A DNA stretch of 63,956 nucleotides, filler included, from Gonapodya sp. JEL0774 (lineage: Eukaryota): NCBI GenBank assembly GCA_027604505.1. It is 4 parts of 4 records of this genome, joined end to end, with 100 filler letters (N's around TTAATTAATTAA, not from the genome) between each part and the next. Parts side by side here need not be neighbours in the genome. Positions count along the whole stretch, not along the records: positions 18,424 to 36,467 come from JADIIX010000264.1; positions 36,568 to 54,437 come from JADIIX010000265.1; 2 more parts are not named here. One strand, written 5' to 3'. The notes beneath the pieces are model-generated. The model was not told the DNA's origin and ran no database searches. It saw nothing but the letters and a program-made list of their open reading frames with translations. Shown in pieces: positions 24,593 to 38,989 of the stretch (positions are counted from its first letter, which is position 1; every line of letters starts with the position of its first letter). A program made the translations under genes and the position numbers.

Positions 24593-27500
24593 TCAGGTAC
24601 CACACGAGCCCCACCTACCACAGCTTGTTGCGTGAAGTCCTTTTAGGAAAATGTCATAAGTTCTCACGAACGCGGATAACAACGAACACCTCACTACCAC
24701 CTTTACTCTGTGGCGTGTCAGCACTATTGGCTCTGTGACGATTGATCGAGTGGCATTTGTTGTAGATCCGCCGAAATGGACATTAAGTCCCCGAGTGAAC
24801 ACCAAATTTCGATTGGTGCTTTGTAAGCGTTTGTCAACCAATCTTGAAGCATTATTTGTGTGGTGCTGCGAATCTTTCCAAGCTTGCGATCCCCGGACAT
24901 GTGGCTGGTTGCGCGGGTTCGGCATCGGACCTCGCGGTCGAGGAGGACTCAACAGAGCTTCCACGGTTCTGATTTCCTCATCGCCGGAGATGCTTCGGGT
25001 AAATAATCGAGGGTTTAACGTCGCATTCATTGCGTCCTGTTTCTTTCCAACGTTTCGTGGGACTGAGGACGAACGTGTGACTGCAGATCGGATAGGGACT
25101 TTGACCAGCCTTTGCAGTGTGTTCCTTTCGGGCAAACAAGTGACTTGACTATCACAAAAGACCCGACTCAAAGGATGATCTGGTGCTTACTCGTCATTAA
25201 ATCGATTGACCCTCGGCGCTTCTTTGGACTAGCAGAAAGGGATCTCTCAACCTAGGAAACACCACGATGAACATCGTACCCACACTGTAAGGCACAGCAT
25301 CTTGCTGAACTTGAAGTGCCGGGGTGCCTTCCATGTCGAGAGCGCGCCGAAACACCGGTTTTAGATCCCTTTGCATCATCAGATCTGAAGGCAATAGAGT
25401 TGCAGACGATGAGCCGCCACAATCATTTCCGGTGTCGCATTCATACCTCTCATTAATTTGATCTGCTCGCTTGGAATAAAATGAAATATCTTCCCCCTCG
25501 GGCTTCGGTACGTCACAATATCTTCCTCGCCCTCGGAACTATCTCCACCATTGTCAGTGGAAATCATCGTAGATTCGTCTTTCCAAATGCCCCTTCTGCG
25601 CTGACTTTGAAAGGTTTTGGCGTCCAGTGCCATCCGACCTTGACTCCCTGGACCCACCAAATCGCTATCACTATAGTGTTGCAAGTGGAAGCCCTGGTTG
25701 AGCATCCATGATGTAATTTGTTGTCCCGATGCAATCAATGAGTAGAGTACATGGGCACTATAGGACTTTGTCGCGAGGGCACTCAACAGATCGTGGGGAG
25801 AAAACGGTTGCGAAACTACCAGTCGCATTATTTGGCGAGGTTCCAAATGATGCTTGACAATTGATGGAAGGTCAGCGTTCAGATGAATGTGTCGAGGCGA
25901 GAGCATACCTTCCGCATATTTTGCAACAATTGTTTTGCATCAATATCCTTGTATGACTCTTGTTCCAATAGATCGTTCAGAAAAGTAGGCAGAATAAGGC
26001 CGTGCGAGATTAATTTGCGAAGATCTTGAAGGTTTAAGGCTGTGTAGGAATATGGTATCTTGTTGTTTGTCCCGAGGTTTCACGTGCATTGGACAACAAA
26101 GTACCTTGTCTTTCGTTCTTTCGAGCGATTGCACTCTGTGGGTTGGAACGACCTGGCAAAGTTTTTACCAGTGTATCAAATGGAGATTCCGTGGATGCAT
26201 CCTGCTGGTGATCAATGTCTTGTACGAAGCTGGGTTGGACGATAACAACTTCCACTTCCCCATCAGGACTGCCATCAGGAAGTGGAGGCAGCGCACTGCG
26301 GTGCGAATATTCTTCATTTGGGTTCAGTTGTGGAACTACCTCTGTGGTCGACTGCAAATTCATCTGATTCATTCCGTGAGGTCGGGTACTAAAGGGCAAA
26401 TCCCCTCTAAAACCAGACGGAATTGGCTGTACCGCAGAGTCTGAAGTGACATCAAATTCTTTGTCTTTGGTGAGAGCTGCTATCCCGACCACCAAGATTC
26501 GATTTCCACAGGCTATCACTGCTTCCTCCTCGTCCGGAGCAAGAAGTATATTCTCGCCCAAGAGACTGTCATGGCGGTCACCCTCATTTGGAACTACCGC
26601 GAACTGCGGTTGCGTGTAGTTGTAGTACTGTGAATATGGCACGGATGTCCATAAAGCAGTGACTGGAGCTGGTGTGTTGATTTGAAAGAGGAGCTCTCCC
26701 CGGCGTGCAGACCAAAGGCGCAAAGTGGAGTCCAATGACCCAGAAAAGACAATGCTGATAACATTGACATCGGTTAGAGCAACATACGAGCGCGAAACTT
26801 TTGGGGAAACTTGCTCGGAAGTGCGGTTGATTGAACAGCACAGAACAGGTGCATCATGTCTGAGAGTAAACATTAGGTCCCCATGAAAACCGGGAACAAT
26901 ATCGACCTCTCCACTGCGAAACTCATTCCTAACGTCCCTTGAAGAGGTGTTGACGACATTACTTCCATGAAAGTAGGTTGGATCCGCGTCATCGAGAGCG
27001 GCAGTTGAAAACGTGGACGGAAATGAAGCTTGAAACGATTCTGAAGCCACAGATATGAGGGCTGAGCACTCCACCGTCGCATTCTTACACACAAAACCAA
27101 AATCGGTGGCCCCACCAAATGGAAGTTAATGACATCCTATTTGCGCTGCTGAGATAAAAACAAGACAACAACAGACCTTCTCATTGTGTTCGACTTCGGC
27201 AAGATCTTTATTCCAACTTGTGACGTTCCACACCTTGCAAGTGCAATCCATCGACCCCGTGACGAGGAGGCGGCCATTCGGGCTCAGCCGAGCACAGAGG
27301 ATGGACGCGGTATGATGTTTATAAGGGTCATACCACCCGACAAGTGGGGAGTGAGGATCACTGTGAGCGTAACACCAAAACAGGTGTGAGAAATCGGTGA
27401 TTCCTTCGCAGAGTCAATGTGTTCAAACTTTACAGGTATTGGGCAGCTTGCCAAAGTGTCATGCATGGAAGCGCTTCTCCCTTGGCAATGGGTCAAGAGG

Positions 27501-28366
27501 ACAGACAGAGAAGCTACTTGCCTTTCAGGGTCACATGCAATGTGATCAACTACCGTCCCGGAATGTACATCCCAGCAGCTAATGGATCCATCCGTGCGAG
27601 CAGCGATGAGCCGCTCTCGCTCCATCCCCATAAAGTTCGATGCGGTGTTGAGTGTCATTGAGCGAATCGAGCAGGGATGTCGCATAATCGATGATGTGAT
27701 GATACCTGAGAATCGCCAGACGCCAGGGACAACATATTAGGTGGAACAGATCAATAGACCATGCCGAACGACAATAATTGGAATGTTCGTCGAACGCGTA
27801 CCTTTCCTCCAATTCCACACGAGAATCACCCCGTCATCAGCGCAGGAGAAGAGACGCTCACCATCCTGCGAAAATTTCACTTCATACACAGCACCTGTTC
27901 GGTCCGTGGTGGATGCTGCAGCACCACCACTACGGCTTTGGGGTCGATGTAGCTGACCTCTTTCCATCGAGGAACCCGAAGATCCTTCAAAGACTCGCTC
28001 AGTGGATTGTTGTCTTATGTTCCAAACCACAATTTTGCCAGTAGCATCGCAGGTAGCAAGGTATATGCCAAGCTGGGCGTGACAGAAAGCTGCTCCGAGG
28101 ACATTCGCTCGGTGGATGCCACCAGACGGTCTCCCCAGTCGGGCAATTATAGAGCAGCTCGAAAGACTCCAAACAATCGTAAGTGTCCCCGTGCAAGTAG
28201 CGAGAGTTGGATATGGACGAGCACGCATACAGACATCGAGAGCGGTAATGGAGGGGGTCTCTTCGTTTTCGAGGGTGAGACATTGCTTCAGGGAGGCCAC
28301 AATGTTACGACGCCCAGCAATGCGAACATTGGTTCCGGATTTCGAGGAGTCAGCGACTATCACCAA
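24593..28366 (-). CDS. Multi-exon WD40-repeat protein (ends approximate)
   Basis: LATCDATGKIVVWN, LFSCADDGVILVWN, DGSISCWD, FSGSLDSTLRLWS. Confidence 0.7.
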
Positions 28367-28631
28367 ACATTGTAAAACAGACTGAGAAGACTTTCATTGT
28401 GCAACGAACTCAGCAAATCAATATGTCACCTCGCAGTCCCATGTTTCGATTATTACCGGCACTCAGACCATCCCCACTCTGAATGTTTTGTATCTTTCTC
28501 TGAAAGCTGGTGTGGCTGCGGATCGTGGAGCGCATTTAATGCTGTATTTGGGATCCACAGACCAACTGGGACAGGGCTGCTGTGGTCTGTAGTCAACCAG
28601 GACACCGCTAAGATCTGTTCTGTGTGCTTCA

Positions 28632-31600
28632 ATGGACGGGCTTGGATCAAAGGCGGATTCGGAGCTTCTTCACCAGCTATTCAGAGAGAATAATGAGCTG
28701 CGGGCCCAGTTTAACGTGCTATCAAGGGAAGTGAGTGGCCCAGAGCGCAGAGTTTTCCTTACTCCCATAATGTCAGTCCCCCATTTTATAGCTATACAAC
28801 AAGTCAGTGTTGTACGACGACACTCTCGAGGAGTTGAGAGTTCTCAAGCAGAAACTAGAGCAACAGGGTAGCACCGATCAAGCGAGACCGATTACCTCGG
28901 CGTCGGTGAGTGTTGAAGAAATAGAAGTCCACAAATCAGCGTCATCTGTTGCTAAATGATGTAGTATCTGGGAGCAATGGTGAATGCTACGCCAAATATT
29001 GTTGCGAGCAAACTGGTTAAGGGAATGGTTGAAACCTGTGTGATTTGATCCCTGGAACTGCTCTCTCAGTTGACGTTCCAATATCCAGGAACGATTTTCA
29101 AAACGACTTTTGATGTGAAATTTACTTCTTCCGATGGCATAGGAAAAGCCATCAAAGAGGCCCACCAGCACATCGGCGAACAGTAACCTTGGGCTTGCAT
29201 CACTGTCCAAACAGCTTGAAGAAGCTCTCCTTATCCTCGACCGCCGAAATAATGAAATTAGTCAGCTTCGGGATGAATTGGACGCATCCAAGGCTGTAGT
29301 CCTTCAACATCAACTAAATTCCGACCAGGCTGAACGTGAGATTCGGGATTTAGAGGAACAGGTGGCAACTCTGAAACGCGAACAAGGAGAGATGATGGTG
29401 ATACGCGCGATGAACGAAACTGAATCTGAAGAGGATGAAATGTTTGTGGGACAAAATGGAGAACACCGAGACAGTGTAGGAATTGTTCACAAAAAGAAAT
29501 TGTTGAAGTCTAAGCCTCAATCAGACGATCAGGCCGCCGCACTGACGAAGCTTAGAGCAGAGCTGAGCGAGAGTGAAGAGACAATTCGTATCCTTCGAAA
29601 GCAAGTGGTTGAAGTAGTCTCGGATGCAAACACTCGACATAACGAACTGCAAGGGGAACTACAAGGCATGGAAGCTGTACGTCGTAGTCTCTTGTATCAT
29701 TCCTTGGGATTTTCCTTACGAACCACGACCATGTTTACTATCTTCATCAAGCTTATTGACTCCGTCCGCAACGATTATGCGGCGTTCATTAATACGACTC
29801 GCTTGGAGCATGAAACGTACAAGTCAACACAGGCCGCACAATACGCCGGCCTCAAATCCCAACTCGAAGCACACCGGGCTGCGGACTTTGCGGAGAGAAA
29901 ACGCTTGACAAAAGAATATGAAGGGGTTCTGTACAGCATACAGGCAGAGTTCGAGGAGTATCGAACGATTTCCGAGTTTCTTTTCAACACTGAGATCGCC
30001 AAATTGGAAGAGGAAATCTCGTCTCAGGCGTCGAGATACGAGCAGGAAATCTTGTACGTCCTCCGTACCCCGAAATTTAATTTCTAGATTTCAATTCGAT
30101 CTGATTATCAGATACGTGATTCAGGCGAAGGACAAGTTTTACGCCGATATGATGGTCGCAAAGGACGCCAAGATCATGAACTTAATTGAAGGCTCGGATT
30201 TGCAAACGCTGATGCAAAAGCATGAAGTGGTGAGATAGTTTACTATGGCTATATGAAACTGAAAATGCAACTTTCGGTCCTGGGAACGAACCAGGACATG
30301 GACAATCTTCGTCGCGACCACATACGAGAACTCGAACGTTTGAAGTCGGATCAGGAGTCTGAGGCCAAGTCTCTCATACAACTTCTACAGCGACAAAATT
30401 CGTCCCTTGAAAACAAGTGTGAGAAACTCCAAGCGCACATCAAGAACCTTGAGACACGGATAAAGGAATCGCAGAACCTCCTCGAAATCAAAGCGAAACA
30501 TTTTGCGGAGCGAGAAGAGAACTGGGTTAAGCGAGAGAGAGAATATGAGGGGAAAGTCTCGGAGTTATTGGAAAGAAACATCGCTCTTGTGCGAGAGAAG
30601 GAACACCTCCGCCATAAGGTGATCCGCTTAAATTTGGATGCAAAGGGAGAGGCTGGTAATGGCATCGATAGCATGTTAAAGAGGATATCTAGGGTGAGTG
30701 TTAGTGTTTACATCCATTTTGCCACAGAGAACTTAATCCGACCAACCTCAATCGCCGTAGGACACAATTGATTTACAGTCTCAATATACAGAGCTCTCCA
30801 TCAAATACGAAGATGCCACAAAAGAGTTGCTAGATGTGTCAAAGAAAGTCAAGGAGAAAGAGCGGTTCATAACGTATCTGGAGAAAGAAGTTGCAAGACG
30901 GAATGATGAATATGTCAACATGGTGAGACTATCGTGTTCCAGCTCGTCATGATCGTGGCAAAGACGTTTCTCTCTTTTAGACGCAAACTTTTGAGCACTT
31001 TTTGTCGAGTCGCGCTCGTGCTGCCCGGCGGGACAGGGCGAAACACCTTCAGGCATTGCAACACAGCAATCACTCCGCAGCATCAAGCACCCGTGAAACT
31101 TTATACCCAGGGCCCGGTCAGACTTCTCCCCTGACTAATGTAGTCCGTAATCCACGAGATCCCAAACTCGATCTATTTAATCAAGGGAAAGTGGTTAAGA
31201 TTCATGTCCCGGAAGTCAGTGATGGAAAATCACTACTTGGTCCCCTGGAAGTATCGGAGATCTCGCCTACGACACCAAAATTCAGACGCTCGAGCTCAGT
31301 TGGCAACCAAAAGTCGATGGTTGGGGTTTCTGGAGTCAACGGTATTGACAAGAAGCAAGCGGAAGTGGAAGAAATGGAGAGAATGGAGCTAGAAAGAGGA
31401 TTCGCGTAAGTGTAGCGGCAGTTACCATACTCTACGTTTCGTGACTGCGGTAATTTGCCTTTGTTTACCTCAAAGATATCTTCGGCGGTTCAAGACTCTG
31501 AGCCGTGCGTTCACCACCGGAGAGTTCCGCCGTGTGAACTACATGTCCGAGCTCGATGGGACTGGTGTCACCTCAGCCGATGCTCCAGGCCCCTGGACGA

Positions 31601-32200
31601 TGATCTCCCTTTATTCAAAACTGAGAGAAACAGCGAATCATGAAACTGCGGAGGGGAGTCACTTGTACGGAGAATCACCACAGGAACAGAGATTCAGGAA
31701 TATGACCGCTCTGGCATCCGGTGCTGTCAACGAAAGTAATCGTGGTCCGCAACTTCAATCCCATTCCGGGGGAAAAGACGCATTTGGGGTGCTTGTCAAG
31801 CCGACATTGTATGTGCCAGGAGAAAAGCAGTCCCGACGCGAAGGATCAGCACCCGTGGGTTTTGCGTATTGTGGCGCGTTGATTCTAGCGTCATCATAAC
31901 CGGCCGATGATAATTTAGAGAAAGAGTGATTTCGTGTTGGGGCAAGTGCGGGTATACCCAAATGACCCTGATGGACGCCAGAACCTCGCAACATTCGTCC
32001 CTGCAACTAACCCAACCAAAACATTACATACAGTGCGAAGAGTAAGTTTTGAGCTTGTCTTTGGTTTGAGTTGTTGCACGGCCAACCTGCAGTTTATTAT
32101 CGAAAGGCGCGTGCTATACAAAATGCAGGAAAACCCCAGGATCTTGTTGCTATCGGCATGTCCACAAAAGCACCACCTCTCCCAGTACCAGTCGGTGTAA
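28632..32200 (+). CDS. Multi-exon long coiled-coil protein of unknown function (3' end approximate)
   Basis: Heptad-rich E/K/L/Q ORFs at 28632, 29278, 30253 and 31002 separated by GT-AG introns. Confidence 0.7.
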
Positions 32201-32263
32201 CTGAGTCTAGTAGTCCACGGTGATTGAATCAATGTTGCAAATGTGTCAATGCTTCCCATAGTC

Positions 32264-33450
32264 CTACCAACCCAAGCGAGCCTCCAATGCCCAATATCGT
32301 TTGCCGCCTTTCACTTCGGCACTACCAAGAGATCCGTCTTCGTCAATCCAAAAGGACTCTTCTGGAATTTCGTGTCGTCGCAACGCAACACCGGCTTCCC
32401 TGAACAAAGTCCGAGTCATCTCGTCCATTTTGTACTCTTGAGCATAAACCACTTCGTTTACCCCAACTTGTACAATTTTCTTAGCACATCCCAAACACGG
32501 ACACGTATTACAGTACAGGGTTGTACCTGCATCACCCGAGGGTCTAGACTCAGTCCGCTCTCTGCCTGCTTCCAGGAGGGCATTCTCTTCAGCGTGCAGG
32601 CAAAGACATGTATCCAGTCCTGCTCCGGATTCCATGTTAGAGCTATTGCAACGTGCGCATCCACCTTCATTGCAATTTCGAACTCCTCGGGGCGTACCGT
32701 TGTAACCAGTTGCGATAACACGTTGGTTGCGCACGACGATGCATCCGACACGACGTTTCATGCAGTTAGATCTTCGAGCAGCCAGGTAAGACAAAAGCAT
32801 AAAGTACGTGTCCCAACCAGGGCGCAGGCGGTCAGGATCTGATACACCGAGGTTCATCTTCAGCAGTCAAACCCCAATGGAAAAGGAACCACCCACTCAC
32901 TGGCTATATTCAACTCCTGGAGATGATTAATGAAAGCATCACTGCTCGAAGTTGTATTGAGAATACGTAAATCGGCTCCATGGAGAATCCTGTGTATGTT
33001 GACAAACTCTCGATCGTCCCATTTGACAAAGTCCTCCAAAGAAAATTCATCGCTGTTCTGAACCCTCCTACTGAATCGAATATAGCGTAAGCCCACTGGA
33101 GCGTCCACACCAACGAGGAGGAAAAAGGGTCTTCTCCGAAAAGCATCGAGTTCGTCAACATTTCGTATCGAATCCAGCACGAAGTTTCGCTTCCAATTGT
33201 CATCGGCCATCACATAATTTATGACGTCAGACGCTGTACGAAATACTTGGTACGATGCTTGGCCGCCGCCATCTCCGGGTTGATTGGCTTGGTAACGATC
33301 ATTCGCTACCGCTGCTGATTCTGAATGACCACCGTCGTTCGCTGACACAGAGGGCCTCAACACGAGCCGCTCGAATCTGAATCGATCGACGAGGAATTCG
33401 GTGATGGTCGTTTTTCCAGAACAGATAGGCCCACAAATGGCAATCAACAT
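32264..33450 (-). CDS. DCD1: dCMP deaminase with N-terminal P-loop domain (one intron ~32839-32897)
   Basis: GPICSGKTT; RLRPGWDTYFM, RSNCMKRRVG, CLHAEENALLEAG, TCPCLGC. Confidence 0.95.
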
Positions 33451-33549
33451 TGATGAGAGTAAAATACATGATACCACTCTTCCCACATGAGCCAGAAAAT
33501 GTAGGGTAGAATGTATTCAGTTCCTCACCCCATAACATGCATACATCAA

Positions 33550-36410
33550 TCAATCTTCATCCGAGGAATCGTCTTCGTCGTCCTCTTCAGGCTTTGCACC
33601 CCCAACAATCTCTCGCTTCATCTGCGCCAGCTCCTTCTTGGCAGCGGTAAAAGCACCAGCAAGCGTGTCCTCATCAGGTTCGCTGTGGAGGAATATGCAG
33701 AATCAGGATACGACGCTATGAAATACAAAAGGAGAGACAACAAACCTGATGTCGTCATCATCTGGGTCGTCCAAATCCGGAAGCGGCTCCTGCACAACGA
33801 GCTGCAACGACATCGTCGAAATAGTTATGTACTCGGAGACAACGCTTTTCGATGATCAACTCATACCTTCACGTCCTTGAATACATCTGCGCCGACCCAG
33901 CTATCTGACTTAATCCACATGACGAACTGGTACACGCCGACCTTGGGCGGTGCTCGAAACTGAATTTTCACAACTTTTGGCTTTCCTTCGACAACATCTG
34001 TTACTTTGGAGACAGTGAGGAGGGGTATTTGATTGTTTGCTCCCCGAAATCCAAAGACAATCCACCAGCCAGGCCGCTTTTCCTGTAACCAATCACATGT
34101 TGGTTGGCTTAAACGCGCGACAAAAGGAGACCGCTTAAGCTTCGCAGCAAGTGAGCGTTCTTACTCACTGCAGGATAAAATGGCGCGTGGACTGGTTCAG
34201 ACGAGTTTTTGTTGGACTCCCACCACTTCCGCGCCCTATCCGCTTCCTCTTCCTCTTCGGACAATTTGGAAGCATGACCTGGGGAACTTTCCCCGTCCTT
34301 TTTCTCCTCCGCCTTGTCTCCGTTCTTCGCCGACTCCGCTGCAGCGGCCGCAGCGGCTGCCGCAGCCTTGTTCTTCTTATTCTTACGATCTTGCGCACCA
34401 CTCGTCTTGCTCACCGCCGGAGCCTTGTCTTCGGAAGAAGATTTCGCGTCCTCGGGTGTCGCCGCTTCACCATCTCCGTGCGCTTGAGTGACCTCACCGC
34501 TGCTCCCAGAGGTCTCCAACGTAGAAATCTCTGGCTTCTGGGCGATGGCAGACAAGTTCTCTCCCTCAGCTTTGCGCGTAGTGTAGTTGATTCGCACAAA
34601 CAGTGTCACAAAACTTTCCGGCATGACACGCTCCTCGTTGATGACCTTGGCCTCCGCGGAAAGCACCTCGAGCACGGGGAACGTCTGGGCGACCAACATG
34701 GAGCACCGGTATTGCTCCGGAGTAAGTGACCGAAGGATAGACTGTCGATCGTCAGCACGTATTTCCAACAGCTGGGTGATGGTTCTCACGTCACGCTGAG
34801 GCAGGCAACGGCAGGTGACACAACAGCGTTAATAATCTTCAAGAAACGGGGATTGAGAACCCCTACGATTAACCGTAACCCACCTTCTTCGTTTTTGTAT
34901 GCTTGAGCACCTCCCGATCCACATACGGCAATTGCAAGAGCGGACTCTGGTGTATCCACATCGCCTGCACCACACACTGTCCCAGCTCTATAATCGCAAT
35001 CACGTTCCCCGTCAAGGGATAATTCGCCGCCGTAATCTGCAACATAGCGCCCAGCAAGTGCAACGACTTCTCCACCACGAGCCTCCTCTCGACCTCCCAC
35101 CGCTGCTCCATCGCACTGTCGGAAAACTTGACGCGGGCGAAATGCGCGTACATGAGCAGTAACACCTTCCACCACGTGGTGTCCTCCAGTGGCGCGTTGA
35201 AGGGGAGCTTCTTGGGCTTCTCCAGACGCTCCCCTGTGCGGTCGTCGAACCCGTCCCTGACCACCGTGTACAGCTTGGAAAGCTCCTCGGGTGTGCTGGG
35301 CGAGAGGCCCTTGACGATGGTGCCGTCGGGCATGGGGAACTCAGGCAGCTTCCACTCGAAAGCGAGCGAGAGGATCTCCAGGAGGAGGGTGATCTTGGGG
35401 TTCTCGACCCGTAGGGCGGCTTTGAAAAAGTCGTTGGTTTTGTGGAGGACGCGGGTCGGCGCATAATCTTTGGCGGAACTCCACCAGCGGGACTTTTTTG
35501 CGTCGAGGTTCGAGCAGATGTGTATGATGACGCAGGGGGGGGGGGGGGGGGGGGGGGTGTGNNNNNNNNNNTCCCGGAGTTGGCCGCCCGCGCGCCCCCC
35601 CCCCCCCCCCCCGGGGGCGCCGGGCCGGCCGGGCGCGCGCCCCCCGCCGGGGGGGCCCCGCCCGCCGCCCGCCCCCGCCCCCGGCCCGTGGATGGCGCAA
35701 CATGTGAACAAGGCATTGATGACGATCGTTTGCATTGTCCAAATCACAACGTGAACGTTCGGTCCCCCGCATTCCCGTCGATCATTGCTGTGCCCTGGGC
35801 CTGGGACTTGCTTTTCAACGCACACGTGAACCACGTCCGTGATCACGATAGCCACGGAACTCCGTCCCCGGCAACCCCCCTGTCGCCCCTCTCTGGCCTC
35901 CGCCAACGCGCCGTCCACTCCAGGCCCCGGAAGCATCCACATCCACACCCGCGACCTCTCGATCCGCAACCATTGCACCACATCCCCCTTTCCCAACTCT
36001 CCTTCCCCCGTCCCGCTCCCCAACCCCACCCCACCCCCCTCCCCCGCCACCCACCACAAAAATCGGCAACCCCAGTCCCAACACGACCACATAAAACGCC
36101 AGCACCTTGTTCTTCCCGCCGGCCGCGACCATCCACGCGGGGAGGGCGATGCCGACCGAGACGGCTGGGTGGGAGAGGGGGGGGGGCGCGCAAAGGGCGT
36201 GAGGTACGTACAAGATGGCGGTTACATGGCCGCAGCGAACCGAGCGGGCCCGGTACGGCACGGCAATGCACGGCAAGGGCAGCTTGGGGACCGAGCCGGA
36301 GACCGAGCCGCGAGCTGCGACGCCAACCCTCCAACTCACTCTGTTTCCCGTCCGGGTTTCCGAACTCTTCCCAGTTCTTGCGGATGTCTTCGTCGGTGAG
36401 GCTTTTTTGT
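33550..36410 (-). CDS. SEC63: ER translocation protein Sec63 (5' partial, spliced)
   Basis: End of J domain LTDEDIRKNWEEFGNPDG, then GIALPAW plus a TM segment, Sec63/Brl motifs SPLLQLP and VHAPFYP, and an acidic C-terminus. Confidence 0.9.
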
Positions 36411-36467
36411 TTTTGGGGCCGGGGGGGGGGGGGGGACCGAACCCGATGGGAACACCAGCCACCACCC

Positions 36468-36567
36468 NNNNNNNNNNNNNNNNNNNNNNNNNNNNNNNNN
36501 NNNNNNNNNNNTTAATTAATTAANNNNNNNNNNNNNNNNNNNNNNNNNNNNNNNNNNNNNNNNNNNN
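36468..36567. other. Artificial contig linker
   Basis: N-flanked TTAATTAATTAA at 36512-36523. Confidence 0.95.
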
Positions 36568-37023
36568 AAAAAAAAGGCCATTTCATTGCCTATCTTGCTT
36601 TTCGGAGCCTGCTCTTGTTATCTATCCGCCAAAACATACGTTGAGAAATTTTAGGAGGTGCTGGCACCGCTCGACCGAAACCACGATCGGTAGCACTGAT
36701 GCCCATTTCCTGAGATCCCCGACAGCATATCGCACTCGCGTGGACGTGCGGGCAAGTCTAGCTGCTGAGGTGTAGTCCAAGAACTTCACTAGGTTGGTTG
36801 GAATGACGTGGAGGACGCCCGGATGATCCAAGAAAGGTGATCTTCCCGCGATTGCGAGCGGTGTCTGGGCAGTTGCACGACAGTCAATTGCGAGCAAAGT
36901 ACGACTAGCGTCGTCCATTGTGGGGCGGTGAGCAAGTACATAATACTGTACCAGCGGAACAGAATATTTACACGCAGTACGAACATTATCATTTCACCAC
37001 AGCTACGAGTTGGTTCTTTAAGT

Positions 37024-38858
37024 TTACAATTTTCCCTTAATCTCTAGAGCTTTTGCACGATCCATATGCAAGAGTGTCGTGTTGTTCACCGCCTTATGCC
37101 CCTCAACCATTGCCTTGGCATTCTGCGATGACGCTTGCCGCTGAGCGTAGCGAGCGGCAATTCCTTGAGCGATGACAGAGAGTCGAAAGAATGCGAACAC
37201 GATACAAAACGACCAAGAAGGTATGGGAAAGGGTCGCTTCATCTGATCAATCATCGCCTGCTCGTTTAAAGCGAAATCGCAACTGGGGCAATAAATGCAA
37301 CAAATACTCACCGCTTCACAATACCATTGTATGAGCTCTTCAGGTTCCGGGATTGGCAACGGCCTGGCGACGTATGATGCGATGAGGATCGTGCAGTATA
37401 ACTGTCATGTGAGGTCGGCAAGATGCCCACCTGGGTTGTCCTACTGTTCCTTGCATCTGTCCAAGAGAAGTACCGTTCGGATCGTACTTGGCGTACTAAA
37501 ATAGTCACAACACAAATTTTGGTTCAGCCAGAATGGGAAGCTCAAAGCACCACCAACACGTCTGTGAGAAGACCGAGATGCAAACCTGGAACTGTATGCA
37601 GTTGGCTAGATCACTGAGAGGATGGCCAATCGTGGACAGCTCCCTAGAATAGAATGAACCGGTTCTTTGTATGAGACTCCGGAACAATAAAGAGACATGA
37701 CTCACCAGTCAATGACACCAATTACTCGTGGCTCGGTGGGATGGAAAATGAGGTTATCGAGCTCTAAAAATCGTGCAAAACGAGCACGTTTCGAATGTTG
37801 CAACCACGGACACACTTTACAGCACTCACTGAAATCGCCGTGGCACAGCACCACCTCATCCTTGGGCATGTTCGCCTCCATCCACGCAACCTGCTCGTCC
37901 AATCGCTCCAGTTGCCCTGTCGTTTTCCCTGTTTCGACGTCTTTCACTGCGCCCTGAGTCTTGGAGAGTTTTGCAAGGTTCCGAATTTGGCGGTCGTAGT
38001 ATCCCCCTGCACGGCCAAACTTTGCCAGGCCGATATCGGTATAAGATATGGAGTGGAGGTGGGCAAGTGTGGAAATGCACGATTTCCAGCTACGGGAACA
38101 GTGAATCTAAAGTGTGCTCAGACCCTGGCTTGTTCAAACTCTGCAGTGAACGCACATTGCCCTTCTCTCCTCGTCAGAGTACTCGCCCGGGATAAAGTTC
38201 GACGCGAAGATGCGCCCCTCAATAAATTCCATGATCTAGGTGCAGTGACGGTTTGGAGTAGTAAATTGGCGGGGGCTTGGAAAGCTCATCGTTTCATCCC
38301 ACGAGCTCACATAGAAGGGTGTTCCTAATACGTTTGAATCCATACAGAGACAATACATCTGTGGGACAGGAAAGTTTGAGTTCTTTCTCAGAGCGTCCAT
38401 CGCACGGTATCTGACCGAGACATGGGGTCATGACAGTCCGTTACGATTACCAAAACTTCAGATGATACGGATTGTCACTCACTCCCGGTCGATTTGATGC
38501 GCTGTCGCCGAGACGAGTTTTCCAGGTGGCTTTTTACGCATAACATAGCGCTTTCCGGCCGCGTCCTTTGATGGTGAATGGTGATGAACAAAGACACGTT
38601 TTTGAAGATACGATGGGAAACTGAACATACCTTGAGGAAATAGGTGGGATTCGACTGACCAAATCCAAATTGTTTTACCTCAAGAGCGCCATCTTCCGCC
38701 TCGGAGCTAAGCGTCACCCCCACAACGTGACGTTTCATGTAGTTTGCAAGAGCTCGTATGTCGATGGACTGGCGGACAGCGGTCACGGAGGTGCCTAGAT
38801 TCGTGGGCGATCCGCCTTCTGAAGATGTAGAGTTCATTGACAGTGAGTTCGGCGTCAT
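37024..38858 (-). CDS. APH-family phosphotransferase (like the ACAD10/11 N-terminal domain), spliced
   Basis: KQFGFGQSNPTYFL, HGDF, LDNLIFHPTEPRVIGVIDW|ELSTIGHPLSDLAN, FFRLSVIAQGIAAR. Confidence 0.9.
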
Positions 38859-38989
38859 GGTTCGTCTAAATGTGTGGAAGGAGGTGAATCATAATATTCA
38901 AAATACACGGGCAGGCATTCAAATGATGCATTCAATGGAACGCTATTTTCAACACAATAGATTCTGCAAGATTCAATTTGCTAAAATGT

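Noticed and set aside
35530..36467. Long G/C homopolymer runs as a functional element
   Set aside because: They are adjacent to Ns and a contig end within SEC63, so probably low-quality sequence.
36622..36918. Possible F-box-like gene start
   Set aside because: Only a weak resemblance, and it lies near the contig end.
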